64,000 nt of DNA, taken from the NCBI GenBank assembly GCA_044892525.1, contig CM097885.1, positions 19,654,001 to 19,718,000 on the forward strand. Direction: 5' to 3'. The translations under genes and the position numbers were made by a program. This DNA is from Schmidtea polychroa (Eukaryota). Of this stretch, positions 11,620 through 24,637 are shown piece by piece. The stretch's first letter is position 1, and each line of letters starts with the position of its first letter. Under the pieces are notes generated by a model that saw only the letters and a program-made list of their open reading frames with translations, was not told where the DNA came from and ran no database searches.

Positions 11620-14600
11620 AGCGGTGGATGCAAAGCATCGGGGCGCCTCTCGGAAAGGGCGCTAAAAAATTTAGAATTTTAGTTTCTTTTTAATATTTAA
11701 CAAAAAAACCATTAACAAATTTTTTTTTAATAAGAATTTTTTTTTTTTTAAATAAAATTTCCTTGAAAAACTACTGGCCTACTAGTTTTCGAAGTGTTTA
11801 AGAATTGTTTAATTATTTCGCAAAACAAAATAAATTATACATGCATAAATTTATTTTGAAACGGCCTGCTATATTCGGTTTAGTTATTTCGATTAAAAAA
11901 ATTAATGCTAAAAAAAATTATTTTAAAAGTCTACCAGTTCTATTCAGTTTTCAATCAGTTCAGTTGTTATTTGGTAAACTTTTTTCGCTAATAAAAAAAA
12001 AATTTAATATTAAAATTTTAATAGTAAAATAAAAAAGTGTTCAGTACAGTTTAATAGTAAAAAAGTGTTTTGTTTCAGTACATTAGTTATTTTGCGGAAT
12101 TGAATCATTGTACGGTGGTAGGTATTATTTAATTATTTTTATCTTTACTTCTAAAATTTATATTTTCTTAATTAAAAAAATTTTTATTAGCTTACCTATA
12201 TCATAAAATATGAATTCAAAGACAAAATTATCCGGGTGTGAAAATCGAAAACGAAAGGCGAAGAGAGAGTTGGAGGAACAAAAAATCAGGGAAGCCTTAA
12301 CCAATATTTAAAAAAAGCAAATTTGACAATACCTACAATAACGTTAACGGATGATCAGATTATTCCAGAGGATAGCACAAATGGTGAAGTTAGAAATAAT
12401 GCCACTAATGAGACACAATCTATAAATTTACAAACAGAAATAACATCTTCATCTAACAAAGAGCTTCAAACCATACATTTAACTGAAACTATAAGTAATA
12501 GTGCTGATTTTCATTCAATTGATCCCGCAACTTGGCCTAAATTTATTAATGATAAAATTAGAAAAATTATTATTGAGCAAGGACCAATGCAAATAAGGAA
12601 AGAAGTTTATCCCCGTGATGATGATGGACGAAGTTTTACTAATTATTATTACAATCGTAAATTACCTAATAATGAAATTATACCAAGATCATGGTTAGTT
12701 TATTCAAGTTCAGCAAACCGTGTTTTCTGTTTTTGTTGTAAATTGTTTATAAATCAAATAGAAGGAAACCAGCATTTGATTATAAATGGTTTTAGTTGCT
12801 GGAGAAATTTGTCAAAAACACTTGCAGCTCATGAAGTTAGTACATTACATGTTAATTGTTTTTTAAAGTGGACTCAATTAAAAAAGAAAATGAACAACTT
12901 AACTACAATAGATGCTGAACTCGTAAAAGTATACGCAGTTGAAAAGAAACATTGGTACGCTGTTTTGGAGAGAATTGTCGAAATCATAAAATATCTTGCC
13001 AGACAATGCCTGTCTCTGCGTGGCTCGTCAGATACTATCTATGAAAAAAATAACGGTAACTTTTTAAAATTTGTAGAACTTTTTTCTAAATTTGACATAG
13101 TAATAGCAAATAATTTAGCAAAGATACAAAAAAAGGAGACACAAACAGTTCATTATTTAGGCAAAACTATACAAAATGAAATAATATCGTTGATCTCTTC
13201 GAAAATTTTGCAAAATATTATTCAAATGATAATTAATGCCAAATATTTTTCTCTAATATTAGATTGCACTCCTGATATTAGTCATAACGAACAAATGACA
13301 TTTATAGCCAGATTTGTCAATAAAGATGAAAATAATGAAGTTGCAATAAGCGAACATTTTTTGGGATTTTTAAAAGTATCTGACTCCACAGGAAAAGGTT
13401 TAGCAACTTATCTTATTGACAACATTAAAGATTTAGGTTTGAATATTAATGATCTACGTGGACAAGGTTACGATAATGGCGCAAATATGCATGGGGAAAA
13501 TAATGGGGTCCAAAAACGTATTTTAAATTTGAATTCTCGTGCATTTTTCGTCCCATGTGCTGCACATACACTTAATTTAGTAGTGAATGATGCAGCCAAA
13601 ATTAACACAGAATCATTTAGTTTCTTTTCCACTATTCAAACAATTTATAATTTCTTTAGCGCTTCAACAAAACGATGGGAGTTCTTAAAAAAAATACTAA
13701 AATTACAGTAAAACCTTTGTCAGCCACCAGGTGGGAATCAAGAGTCGATGCCCTTCGTCCACTTAGGTTTGAAATAGCTGAAATTTTAGATGCTTTAGTT
13801 GACATTTATGAAAACCTAGAAATAGATAATAATACAAAGCATGAAGCTAAGGCTGTGGCTTTCAAAATAAAAGAGTATGAATTTATATGTTCAGTGGTTA
13901 TTTGGTACGATGTTTTAAGTAAAGTTAACGTTGTTAGTAAACTGCTCCAAAATCCAAATCAAAACTTAAATGTTTCTTCAGTTGCGTTAAATAGTCTTAT
14001 TAAATTTATTGAAGAATATAGATCCGATGAAAATTTTAGTTTTATTCTTCAAACGGCAGAAAATATAGCAGCTGATTTAGAAATACCTGCGAAATTCAAA
14101 GATAATACGTTACGAAGAAGAAAGAAAAAAATTTTTGGTTATGAATCTGTAGACGAAACGCCAGTTGATCCGATACTTAAATATAAAATATCATTTTTTC
14201 TGCCAATTTTAGATATTACTATCAATTCTTTAAAAGAAAAGTTTAATCTTTTCACAAAATATAGTGAAAAATTTGAATTTATACATAATATAAAAGAAAT
14301 TAACAAAATGGATGATAATACATTAAAAAAACATTGTTCTGATTTAGAAATAATGCTAACCGATGGCGAGAAAAAAGATATATCTGCAACAGAATTATTT
14401 AATGAAATAAAAATAGCAAAGGAATTTTTGAAAGACTTTGAAAACCCACTAAACATCTTGCAATATATATATATATAAATCTACTGGATTCCATTTTTCC
14501 CAATTTTGTAATTGCTATTAAAATATTTTTAACTTTACCAGTTTCAGTTGCTAGCGGAGAACGATCTTTTTCGAAGCTTAAACTAATTAAAAATTATTTA

Positions 14601-15001
14601 AGATCAACAATTTCATAAGAAAGATTAGTTGGTTTAGCAATGATATCGATTGAAAGTGATATATGCAACAAATTAGATATACATAATTTAATTGATGAAT
14701 TTGCCAGTTTAAAAGCTAGAAAAGTAAATATCTAGAATAATAGTTTTGTCAATTTTTATACAAAATATATGTATGTTATGTAATTTTTGTATATTATAAT
14801 ATTGTTTCAATAAAATAAAAAAATATATAAACAAAATAAAACCTGTATTTCACTAGGAAAAGAATTATTATTAATTTTTTAATGTTTTTATTACAAATTT
14901 AATATTGCCAATTAAATTACGTTAATTCCAAAAAACCAATAAAATAAATGGGCGTCTAAAATGAGTTTCGCATCGGGGCGCTACTAATTCTAGAGCCGGC
15001 C

Positions 15002-15004
<3 letters not shown>
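11620..15004 (+). mobile_element. Near full-length hAT transposon (ZMYM1/TTF-zinc-finger type); left end lies in the gap
   Basis: Right terminus ...ctagagccggccctg abuts (TA)n; subterminal gcatcggggcgc motif near both ends (about 11635 and 14970); contains a transposase. Confidence 0.85.
12210..14735 (+). pseudogene. hAT transposase with three frameshifts and a nonsense codon
   Basis: MNSKTKLSGCENRKRK start; RSWLVYS...VFCFCCK, H..S..H (TTF zinc finger); FSLILDCTPDISH.EQ; RGQGYDNGANM; CAAHTLNL; TRWESR; PVSVASGERSFSKLKLIKNYLRST. Breaks at about 12305 and 13690 (A-runs), 14470 (TA-run) and a TAA at about 14615. Confidence 0.88.

Positions 15005-15070
<66 letters not shown>
15005..15070. repeat. 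(TA)n microsatellite
   Basis: About 33 TA units, read directly. Confidence 0.97.
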
Positions 15071-15077
<7 letters not shown>

Positions 15078-15205
15078 TAAAAATAATGTGTAACTACGAC
15101 TTGTTTATTTTAAATATATTTATCAGGCTCTTTGTATCCTCGATACTGTGTATCAGGAATCGGGCATAATTCAAAATGTCATGTTTTAATGTCTTCATAT
15201 TATAG

Positions 15206-15513
15206 CAGTGCTTCTTAAACTTTTTTCATTCGCGACCCCATTAATGATTGTAAACATTTTTTGCGACCCCTTATAATTTAAAATAAAGATATATAAATTT
15301 TTTGTGAAGATTTATTAATTAAGTAATAATATAAATACATATGACAAAATTGACGTTTCAGAGTTGGTCACTACGGACAAATTTCCATTTTGCCTAACAT
15401 ACGACAATTATGCAATTTTATGTATTTGAATATTTTATATAAAAATTTCGCGACCCCAATATTTCGCTAGGCGACCCCAAATGGGGTCGCGACCCATAGT
15501 TTAAGAAGCCCTG
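15206..15513. mobile_element. hAT MITE (308 bp)
   Basis: TIR CAGTGCTTCTTAAACT / AGTTTAAGAAGCCCTG; perfect 8-bp TSD TATTATAG; internal gcgacccc repeats. Confidence 0.9.
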
Positions 15514-15779
15514 TATTATAGTAATAGATTCAACGGAATCGATTATTTTATATGTTCCGAATGCAAGACTATTAGCCCTACTACTTTTAAAGAGTTTTAT
15601 AGAGATCACTCTATACATTTAAATCATTTTTCTTCAAAGAACTGTTTAGGAATATCTTTAATAGGCAAACTCTTAATAAAATTAATAAGAACAATAAAAG
15701 GCCTGCAGAAAATAAAAATAATGTTGTCTCCACTAAAATTATTAAAAAAGAAATTATAGTTATAAGTGATGAGGATTTT

Positions 15780-16310
15780 CAAGATTTTCAAGTTTGAACG
15801 CCAAAATCTACTTCAAATTATCTTTGATGTTTGAAACTGTTTTAACCGACAGCTATTTTCAGCTGAAGAAATTTACATTTGTCCTTCTCTCAATTTTTGG
15901 ATCAACATATTTTTGTGAACAATTATTTTCCAATATGAATAATATAAAAAGCAAATTTAGAAGCCAACTGAATGATGTGAGTCTTCAGTCATGCTTAAAA
16001 TTTAAAACAACTGATTATTTACCAAATATTAAGCAACTTTGTAAAGAAATCCAACAACAGAAATCTCATTAAATTTCTTTTTCTTATTTTTGTGTCACAT
16101 TTATCTGAATTTTTTAAATGCAAAATTCTATTAATTTTTGAGTAATAAAACAGCAATTTATTTTTTTGTTTGTTATATTTTTTAAGTTACACTGTTCGCA
16201 TATTGAATAAGGTATATACAATGGTATTTTTTCAGGTGGCTCTTTAATTTTTTAAACTGGATCAAAATTTAATATGTGGCTCTTTGCAATGAAAAGGTTC
16301 CCAACACCTG
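15780..16310 (+). mobile_element. 3' remnant of a Charlie/GTF2IRD2-type hAT element
   Basis: ORF 15794-16072 SIFGSTYFCEQLFSNMNNIKSKFRSQL...QQQKSH*; terminal-like gtggctc...aaaaggttcccaacacctg ends at 16310. Confidence 0.75.
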
Positions 16311-18043
16311 TCCTAACCCGTAGTTTGACTTACTTGGAATCATGGAAGAAGAGTTAATTAGAAAACAGAAAGAACCAAGAATTCAGGTTAAAATTTATCC
16401 AACGGAGATCCATCCGTTGTAAATAACTCTCAATAGTCATTTTTATTAAAAAAATTTTAAGTTTTAGTAAATTTAATTCTACTTTAGTTTTCAATTGCCT
16501 CATTCGCAATAACCGCCAGATAAAATTACTGAGTGTATCAACATCAAGATTTCAATNNNNNNNNNNNNNNNNNNNNNNNNNNNNNNNNNNNNNNNNNNNN
16601 NNNNNNNNNNNNNNNNNNNNNNNNNNNNNNNNNNNNNNNNNNNNNNNNNNNNNNNNNNNNNNNNNNNNNNNNNNNNNNNNNNNNNNNNNNNNNNNNNNNN
16701 NNNNNNNNNNNNNNNNNNNNNNNNNNNNNNNNNNNNNNNNNNNNNNNNNNNNNNNNNNNNNNNNNNNNNNNNNNNNNNNNNNNNNNNNNNNNTTTCTTGT
16801 TAGCAGCATTTATTGTTTTATTATCTTTATTGTTATTACTACTGATTATTATCATTTTGATTAGTAATATTTTAGTTGGGATTACAATCCCTTCTTATTT
16901 TTTAATTTCGGGATTTCAGGATTACATTATTGGGATCCCGGCACCAATCCCAGGATTGGAATGACTATTATCATTGTTTAAATTACTTAGTAAAGACGAA
17001 AACTTAAATAAAACTGGTTTAATATTAATATTTATTGATACAAATAAAGAATAAAAAATTTTCCTTTATTTCTTGTGTTTCTTGAAATAGGCTTTGAAAT
17101 AGTTTCTTTGAAATTTTAATTTGATTTTAACAAAATACTTACAGCATGGATCCAATGGAGAAATTTCACCAGGATGTGGAGCATTACACATCTGAAGCGG
17201 CTTATCAAACCGAAAAGGCTGAATCCCTTAACATTAATCCCTTAACATTTTGTAAATGAAGATGTTAAGATGTTCTGGAAATTCAGGAAGATCGAAGTTA
17301 CATATTTCCGACCGGAACATGCTCGCAAGCCACATCAAAAATTTGAATCCAGTGAGAAGACTTGAGTCGAAGATCAGAGGATCCACGATCTCAAGATTAC
17401 GATCCGAGAGCAGGCACAGAAGATTATTGAGCTTTGCACCAGAATCCACGCAGATGCAAGAGTCGGAGAAATGAAGTCATATTCAGAAAACAGAGCAGTT
17501 TCCGGCTATCGCTTTTCAAACTCGGTGGTTTCGTTTTTCTACTAATTTTTTTTCAAATAAAATACTTTAATTAATTTTTATTTAAATAAAAACTTTGTCG
17601 GAAGACCTTCAATATTGATTAAAAATTAATATATTAGTCTTTAGCTTTTCATTCGCTATCTGTCAATCATTTTTACCGCCAAAAAAAGATTGATTTTTTC
17701 GATTTTTTAAATTTTTAATTAATTTTTGCACTTAATTCGATTTTTGTAGTTAAATAAATTTTATCGAATTTTGTGCATTAAATTTTTTATTTGTATTCAT
17801 TTTCATAACCCTAAAAATACATAATTGCTCTGAATATTTGCACTTCTCGTAATCAAATTGTTTGTATTTGCTCAAGGGAAATATACTCATTACAAAACTA
17901 ACTTCATCTCTATTTGATATCAATTTTTATCCAATTATTATTTTCCCTTTTTTCATTGCTTTAAATATTTAGAATTTTGAAGTTATTTCATTTAACTGTT
18001 AATTAAAACAAAACAGAATAAATATTTCAATTAGAGAAATAAT

Positions 18044-20023
18044 ATGTTCTCGTCTCATATTTTTATCTTTATCCACAATATAACGCCTCCCCTAAAAGAA
18101 ATCTATGAACTGTCTATGAGATCCCAGGTGGATAAAACAGAAAATAACATTTCTATTCTAAATGGAGTTTACGCTAATTGTGATTCAAACAAAAAGGTTA
18201 CAAATTACCTCCGATTCGTAATATTAGTTCTAAGTCTATTATATATTGTGATACTTGCATTTATACAAAAAAGGATATCATACAAACCCGATTATTGTCA
18301 CGGAAGACCGGGTCTCCCATTACCAATGGACATGTTGAGTAATCATGACAATAAATTTGAAATTGTTTTAGCCTTTATTTCTACTTCGGAAGACCTTTAT
18401 TTTTTCTTAACTGATGCTAATGTCATGAAGCTTTTCAGCTTTCCAACTGGAGAATTTATCAAAAAGATTTTAATACTTTTTGTATTTTCAATTACAACCT
18501 ATCCAATATTTGCAGCTTTCCAAAACCGACATTTCATTGGATATCTTATCGGCATTATTCATGTCATATCAACCATGACGATATCCATTGTTAGTTCATC
18601 TTCAAGTATCATTTGTTTGTACAATACGAAAATAATAATAAAATCAATAACAACAGTAATTTATTCAATAATAGATTTGTTGTTGTGCTTCATGCTGATT
18701 CGTCGATTAGTTTTGCACGTACGGAAAAATGGTTGGCAACTAATCAAATCCGATTTAACATCGGAAAATAATCAGCGTGAATGCCGTCGATATGTGGAAC
18801 AGCTGATGCAATCAACAAAAGCAGCAGTCAGTGAAGAATTGAAAGTAAACCTTTTAAAATCTTTGAACTTTAGAGTTCTATTCGAAAAATGTTTATTTAA
18901 ATTGAAAAATTATGTCAATAGAAAATTTTTGAAATTTAATTCACCCCCCAGAATGATGGCGGGTATTATGATAGGGGTTTATTATGCCTACAGAATATTC
19001 CTCGATTATATACAATTATTAACACCTTCAACTTGGAATGTGTTGACATCAATAAATAATGAATACCATTTTTCAGTTATAAAACTTCAAAGAGCATTTT
19101 CATTGGTGTTTGAACAGCATAATTCATCCAATCACACGGAATTAAAGAATTCCCATCGATATCTTGTATTTTTTTATGTAAATCTTTCGATCTTCTGTTT
19201 AATATCAGGAATAATAATCGGTTTCCTAAACTGTTTAATTCAGTCCTTTCTCACTTTACAAAATTATCAAAATGATTTGAAAAGATACGTAAAAAAAGGA
19301 TTCAATTCAATGATATATGAAAATAAATTACGTCAGTCATACTTTTGGGTGTCAGGTTTTATTAGATTTAGCGGCTATCAAGCGGCATATACGTTTTGGG
19401 GCATTCTTATAGTAACTCTTTTTACTTCAGTTTTTACATTTTTGTCTATTGGTGTTTTCATATTGCCATTAATTTTTGTTAAAGATTCATGGGCAAGAAA
19501 TGTAATAATAAATGCTGGACCTGTTTTGATTCTGTCTATTCTGTTTCATTATTTTCAAGATTATGTTGTGAAGATTTGCTTCGTCAAAAGAAGAAAAAGT
19601 AACTTGGAAATTAACAACCGAAGAGTATTCATGATCTATACTCACTGTTCATTTTTTATCAACGCCATGACGGGTTTGTTTGATTCAATAAATAGAATTA
19701 TTATTTCCGGTTTTCTTGGGATCTTCTGCTTCGGTAGGATTGACATTAGCGCGTTACCGTCATTTATAGTGAGATATGATGGAGGTTACTTGAGTTATGT
19801 CGAATTCCTTTATATTGAGAACTATCATCAGAATTATATAATGAAACATTTTTTATATTTACTTGATCAAAAGGAAACCAGTAAAAGATATTTGCAGGTA
19901 TGTAAAACCATAAGGAAATCGCATACCAGAAACAAATGGAGCCTTGCTTTGACTTTGATAAATAACCCTTCGTTAAAACTGCAAAGAAAACATAAACTTG
20001 CAAAAAACTTGCTAATGAATTAA
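18044..20023 (+). CDS. STRA6-like membrane receptor, paralogue 3 (659 aa, intronless)
   Basis: CHGRPGLPLPMD, YVEQLM, FIRFSGYQAAYTFWG, INNRRVF, YDGGYLSY, KWSLALTLINNPSL. Confidence 0.88.
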   Translation: MFSSHIFIFIHNITPPLKEIYELSMRSQVDKTENNISILNGVYANCDSNKKVTNYLRFVILVLSLLYIVILAFIQKRISYKPDYCHGRPGLPLPMDMLSNHDNKFEIVLAFISTSEDLYFFLTDANVMKLFSFPTGEFIKKILILFVFSITTYPIFAAFQNRHFIGYLIGIIHVISTMTISIVSSSSSIICLYNTKIIIKSITTVIYSIIDLLLCFMLIRRLVLHVRKNGWQLIKSDLTSENNQRECRRYVEQLMQSTKAAVSEELKVNLLKSLNFRVLFEKCLFKLKNYVNRKFLKFNSPPRMMAGIMIGVYYAYRIFLDYIQLLTPSTWNVLTSINNEYHFSVIKLQRAFSLVFEQHNSSNHTELKNSHRYLVFFYVNLSIFCLISGIIIGFLNCLIQSFLTLQNYQNDLKRYVKKGFNSMIYENKLRQSYFWVSGFIRFSGYQAAYTFWGILIVTLFTSVFTFLSIGVFILPLIFVKDSWARNVIINAGPVLILSILFHYFQDYVVKICFVKRRKSNLEINNRRVFMIYTHCSFFINAMTGLFDSINRIIISGFLGIFCFGRIDISALPSFIVRYDGGYLSYVEFLYIENYHQNYIMKHFLYLLDQKETSKRYLQVCKTIRKSHTRNKWSLALTLINNPSLKLQRKHKLAKNLLMN

Positions 20024-20325
20024 AATAATAAATCATTTTTTCATCTCATCTCACTTTATGTCAACTATTAATATTTTACCATTTATATATTTATGTGACT
20101 TATTGTTTAAATGTGGTTTATACTCTCAATAATAATGCGTTGATTATTTATTTTTTATAATTTGTAAAGAATATTTAATTTTAATTTCAAAATGACAAAT
20201 ATCTACAATTTTTTAGGTCCGGTTTCGCCTATGCGAGAACTCACTTAGGGTCCCCTTCTAATAATTGTAATCAAAAATACAGATATTTCAGGAGAAGAAA
20301 TATTTCATCCAATTGAGTTCTAGAC

Positions 20326-20519
20326 CAGCTGTTCTTAAAATGTTTAAAATAATTCTGACCTAAAAGTAAAAAATCAAAAGATTTTATACCCAATCACCGA
20401 TGAAATATTTTACTAATCCATAAACACGCACAAATTGTGAAATCTAATTTTATTTAGTAGTCCGCAAGTTTCAGATTTTTTAGTTGGTGGTCCGGGAAGA
20501 AAATGTTTAAGAACCGCCG
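20326..20519. mobile_element. Short Charlie-like hAT MITE
   Basis: cagctgttcttaaaat ... atgtttaagaaccgccg, flanked by ttctagac / gtctagag (NTCTAGAN-type target). Confidence 0.55.
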
Positions 20520-22849
20520 GTCTAGAGAATATTTTAATTCGTATTTTCTGAAGAGAGCTGTAAAAATGCATATGTATAATAAATATTTGTGGCATTATAC
20601 AAAATAGAACTTTTTTTCGTTTATTTACAAAATAGAACACTTTTTTTAAAACCAGAACGTCAGTTAATATTGAAAGTTTTTATACAAGTAAGATGATTTG
20701 AAATCATTGATTTCCAGATATAATTAATAACATTATAAAAAACAGAAAGCCTCTTAAAATTAAATTTTTTTATTAATTTTTTTTTGTCTTGCGTTTTTCC
20801 AACATTGTTTGAGCGAATCTATTAAAATGTGTTTAAATTAATCGTAAAATAGAATGGTTTGGGAAATTCAGGGGGGACAAGTGCCCCCCTTGCGGACGCC
20901 CATGTGCTTATAATTCATTATATATAGACCAACCGAAACAATTTTGATAATTATAATAAGACTAGTTTTAATTAGCACCTTTTTTAAGAAAAAATAAAAA
21001 TTAAATAAGCATATTGAGTTAAATTTACATTTTTATAGACAATTTTCTCGGGGCCGTAGGTGCTCGCAGCTTAGAGGGAACATTTTTATTAACTTGTCCC
21101 TTAAATAATTTCATAAATTAAAGCTTTTCAGTATGAGTACATAAACAATAGATGTAAATATATAATTTCATCATTTGTTTAGAACATTACAGTTTCCTTT
21201 TACAAATAAATATTTTGTTTACTCAATTCTAATTGCATTTAGGACCTCACTGGTAAAATTATTTTATTTTATTTGACAATAATTAAGAGCAACCACAAAT
21301 TGTGGTCTACAATATGTGGAAAATTTGTTTTCTCATATAATTGTTTATTCTCTATTATTTGTGATGTCTTTTCACAGGACTTTATGCTATTACAATGTAA
21401 TTTCAGTTAAACAAATTAATTGGGAACTAATCCGAATTTCCTGTAAAACATATTTCAAACTCCATTAATTAAATTTTGTATATATAAAATAATTACATAA
21501 ATAATAATTAAATAAATAAATGATTAATTAAATTATTAAATAAATCAAGATGGAAACTGTGGCTGTACTCGTGAAACGATATAATCGCCTTCATCCTCTG
21601 AGATGAAAAAACCAATGTCAATCAACTGTTGAGTTGATTTATATAGTTCGATAGGATATTCGATATCCTAACTCCACGTGCTCTTGATCATAGAAATGGC
21701 TCAACAATAGTAACTTTTGTTGATATTAACCTTCATAATTTCTGAAATCTAATCAACACAATTTCAATGGATTTATTTAACCCTATGGAAGCTGTCTCAA
21801 GTAAGTTTACTGTTGGGCCAAGCTCCGAAGGTGTTGGAAAAACGAACCTAGGAAGGGATAGAGTAAAATAAAATAAAAACATATAAAAATACGAGAAACA
21901 TAGGAGGAAACAAATTAAATATCCAGAAAGAAATTAGAATAAAATTAGAATAACTAAATAAAATAACAAAACCCCTAAAGGAAAAATAAGACAAGAGGGA
22001 AGGCACCTAATAAACGACAGTAAAAGAAAAAAATAAAATAGCAGAAAATTTAAGAAAAATGAACAAAAGTAAAAGAAGAAAAACAAAATAAAAATAAAAA
22101 ATCATCCATAAGGCTAATTAAAACAAAAAATGAAGTTACAATAAAATAGCAACAAAACCACAAGAAAAACAGATAAAATAATAAAAAATAGGAAAATAAA
22201 TAAAATAATAATAAAAATAGGAAAAAGTCATTAAAATATACCTGATTACATTAAAAAACATAAAAATCATAATAAACAATAATATTACATGCAAGTCGCG
22301 TCCTGATTGGACGAAAAGTAATATATAAAGAGCGACAAAAATCTGTAGAGTATCATTCTAACCCGAAACTCTACAGGTAAAATTTTATCCTTTATAATAT
22401 CATTCTAACCCGAAACTCTACAGGAAAGCTAGGAACCACTCACAAGCACAGATTATTGAACCATATTCATTTATCGGATAACATATACATTGAACGGAGA
22501 TCGAATTCAGCTCAGTCGAACGAGTCTATCTAAAGAAAACTTATATTACTTTGATCTAACACCTTCGGAGATTTTTGGTAAATTATGTTTTAGATTTTAG
22601 TATGATGATCTAAATATTTATTATGAATTTAACAAGTCGTTTATAATCCAATAAATTTCATATTTTAAACGAAGGTGTTGCTTTCTCTCTATGAGGCTGG
22701 CGACGGCGTCCTCTGGAATCCGGGTATGATGCAGTTGGGTTTTTCGAACGTCCTACGGAGAGGAAATTTACGAATATGAACTCGGGAAATTGAAGTGATA
22801 GAACTAGCCCAGGATCCATATGAATTTAGAAACTAAAGTGATTACTTAA

Positions 22850-24120
22850 TGAATACGAGATTTATGCTAACCAGAGTCATCATGCCCGGATTTCAAATGT
22901 CGTGGTCGCCAGGTGAACATTTATTTAATTGATTTTCTCATAATTCCATTATTTCTATATTGATTTACTGAATAATTAAATTGTATTGTTGCACATTTAT
23001 TGAGAATGGAGTTGCGATGAGACGGGTCGAGTCGTCCTTCACACCGGTCCAAGAGCAGTGGGCAGAGATGCGTACTGCCTTGGGTGGGTTGTGAGGAGCG
23101 AGGAAACCATGTGAGATTTAACAAATCAAGTAAATGATTCTTTCATCGAGTGTAATCCACCCATCTTAGTCGTCGAAAACCATCCAATGCAGAAACTTCT
23201 GAGTGACATAGTTTGAGTCAACGATACCTTGGGAACTCCCGGAGGCATACCATTAGAACTATCATCAGCCTTGTATAAAATCACGTCATTAATAATCTTT
23301 GATTTAGAGCCTTATTCGTCTTGCATTGAGAGAAGCGACTGCTAGAACGTCTGCCGGAAGGAGTTATTAATTTCGAGTTTTTACGAGAGATTCTCTGTAC
23401 TAAGCCCATTTCGTATCTTACAATCTGAAGGTGCTTTGGAAGCTACACCGCCGGGAGGTTAGCGAATAGGTCCATCGTCTTGCTTATCGTCGACTCCGGG
23501 GGGACTTAATCATCAACCGACATCTAGCCGCTGTCATCGATAATAGCCGTTTTAGAGATGAATGTAAACATCTCTAGATAGTAGATTTAAACACTGGCTA
23601 TGAGTCCGAAGGAAACGGTCGCCAGCGACATCGGGTGAGCGTAGTAGACTGCCGGGAAATCGGTTGATAAGATATCTGAAGCCTCAGTCACGAGCGAACG
23701 AGTTGACAGTTTTTATCTCAAAACCCATTAGTGGAGCAAAATCTAAATATGGAATCGATCTTATCTAGTAGATTCGCAATTCAGCCCACACAATTAGATT
23801 CACGAGTTTTCTATGACACCCTCTTAGATTTCCACCTATCTAGAAAGTCAGCCAGCGATGTCATGTCTAGTGTGCAGATAGTGGATAAATTTATCTCACG
23901 ATTGTGTAACGGTAGACCAGGAGATGGTAGACTACATGTCCAATCCGACAGTGAGATTACGTCATACTGAATAGTAGAATGTTCTACCTAGTCCACGACC
24001 ACAGGCTGACAATAAATCATACAATGCATGCATACGAACAGACCTGACAACATCTGCTAGCCTACCTCCAGGGTAAAACTAATACACCACTACTCACAAA
24101 CAAGCGTCGTTATGACGACA
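22850..24120 (-). mobile_element. Degraded DIRS-like tyrosine recombinase region
   Basis: GC-richer island. Across broken frames and in the expected order: ISWSTVTQS*DKFIHYLH, SLADFLDRWKSKRVS*KT, KRLLSMTAAR (cf. LLALASARR), TFEIRA (cf. HSTRA). Confidence 0.4.
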
Positions 24121-24637
24121 TTTATGGCGCAAGATTTAAGATGATCAAATAGCAAATTATGATAAGACTTAAATTGAATTTTGCGGTTCTTTTATGAAGC
24201 CGATCACGGCGGTTTAAAACCTCAATAGTCACCCGTCATACCGAACTATGTTTTTGTGACCTCACGAGTGCGAAATTTTACGAGTATAGTAGGACGGGGA
24301 GTGGGAATGCTATTACTAGGGAAGGATAATTATAACAAATTCGACTGTGGTAAATTAATAAAAGCACATTAAATAAAAATGGCCAATTTCGGAAAACAAA
24401 CATAAAGTCAAAGTTAGGATAAATGTATTATTTTGAGGAAATCCGTTTTCTTTTTTCTCTATCAGTATGGATGCTTGCAGACAAATGAGTGTAAATGTTG
24501 ACCAGTGATATGGGTAAGTGGGTCATTGTCGAGTAGGATGATTGGAAATAGGGTAAAACTTGCAGTCAAAATTTGGAAACGACACTCCAACGATTTTTTT
24601 TTTAACTCTACAATTAACAAAACGTCTTGATCTTTAG

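Larger units (their letters stand above)
3671..16792. other. Five assembly gaps: 3671-3921, 9453-9612, 11203-11341, 11484-11619, 16557-16792
   Basis: N runs, read directly; all lie at or near transposon ends or low-complexity DNA. Confidence 0.98.

Noticed and set aside
3576-16964. ORFs containing long X runs (3576-3959, 9416-9692, 11102-11665, 16533-16964)
   Set aside because: Artefacts of N gaps being translated without stops.
322-20036. Short antisense ORFs over the STRA6-like genes (322-567, 710-934, 4616-4948, 5853-6071, 19764-20036)
   Set aside because: Shadows of the real coding strand with no independent motifs.
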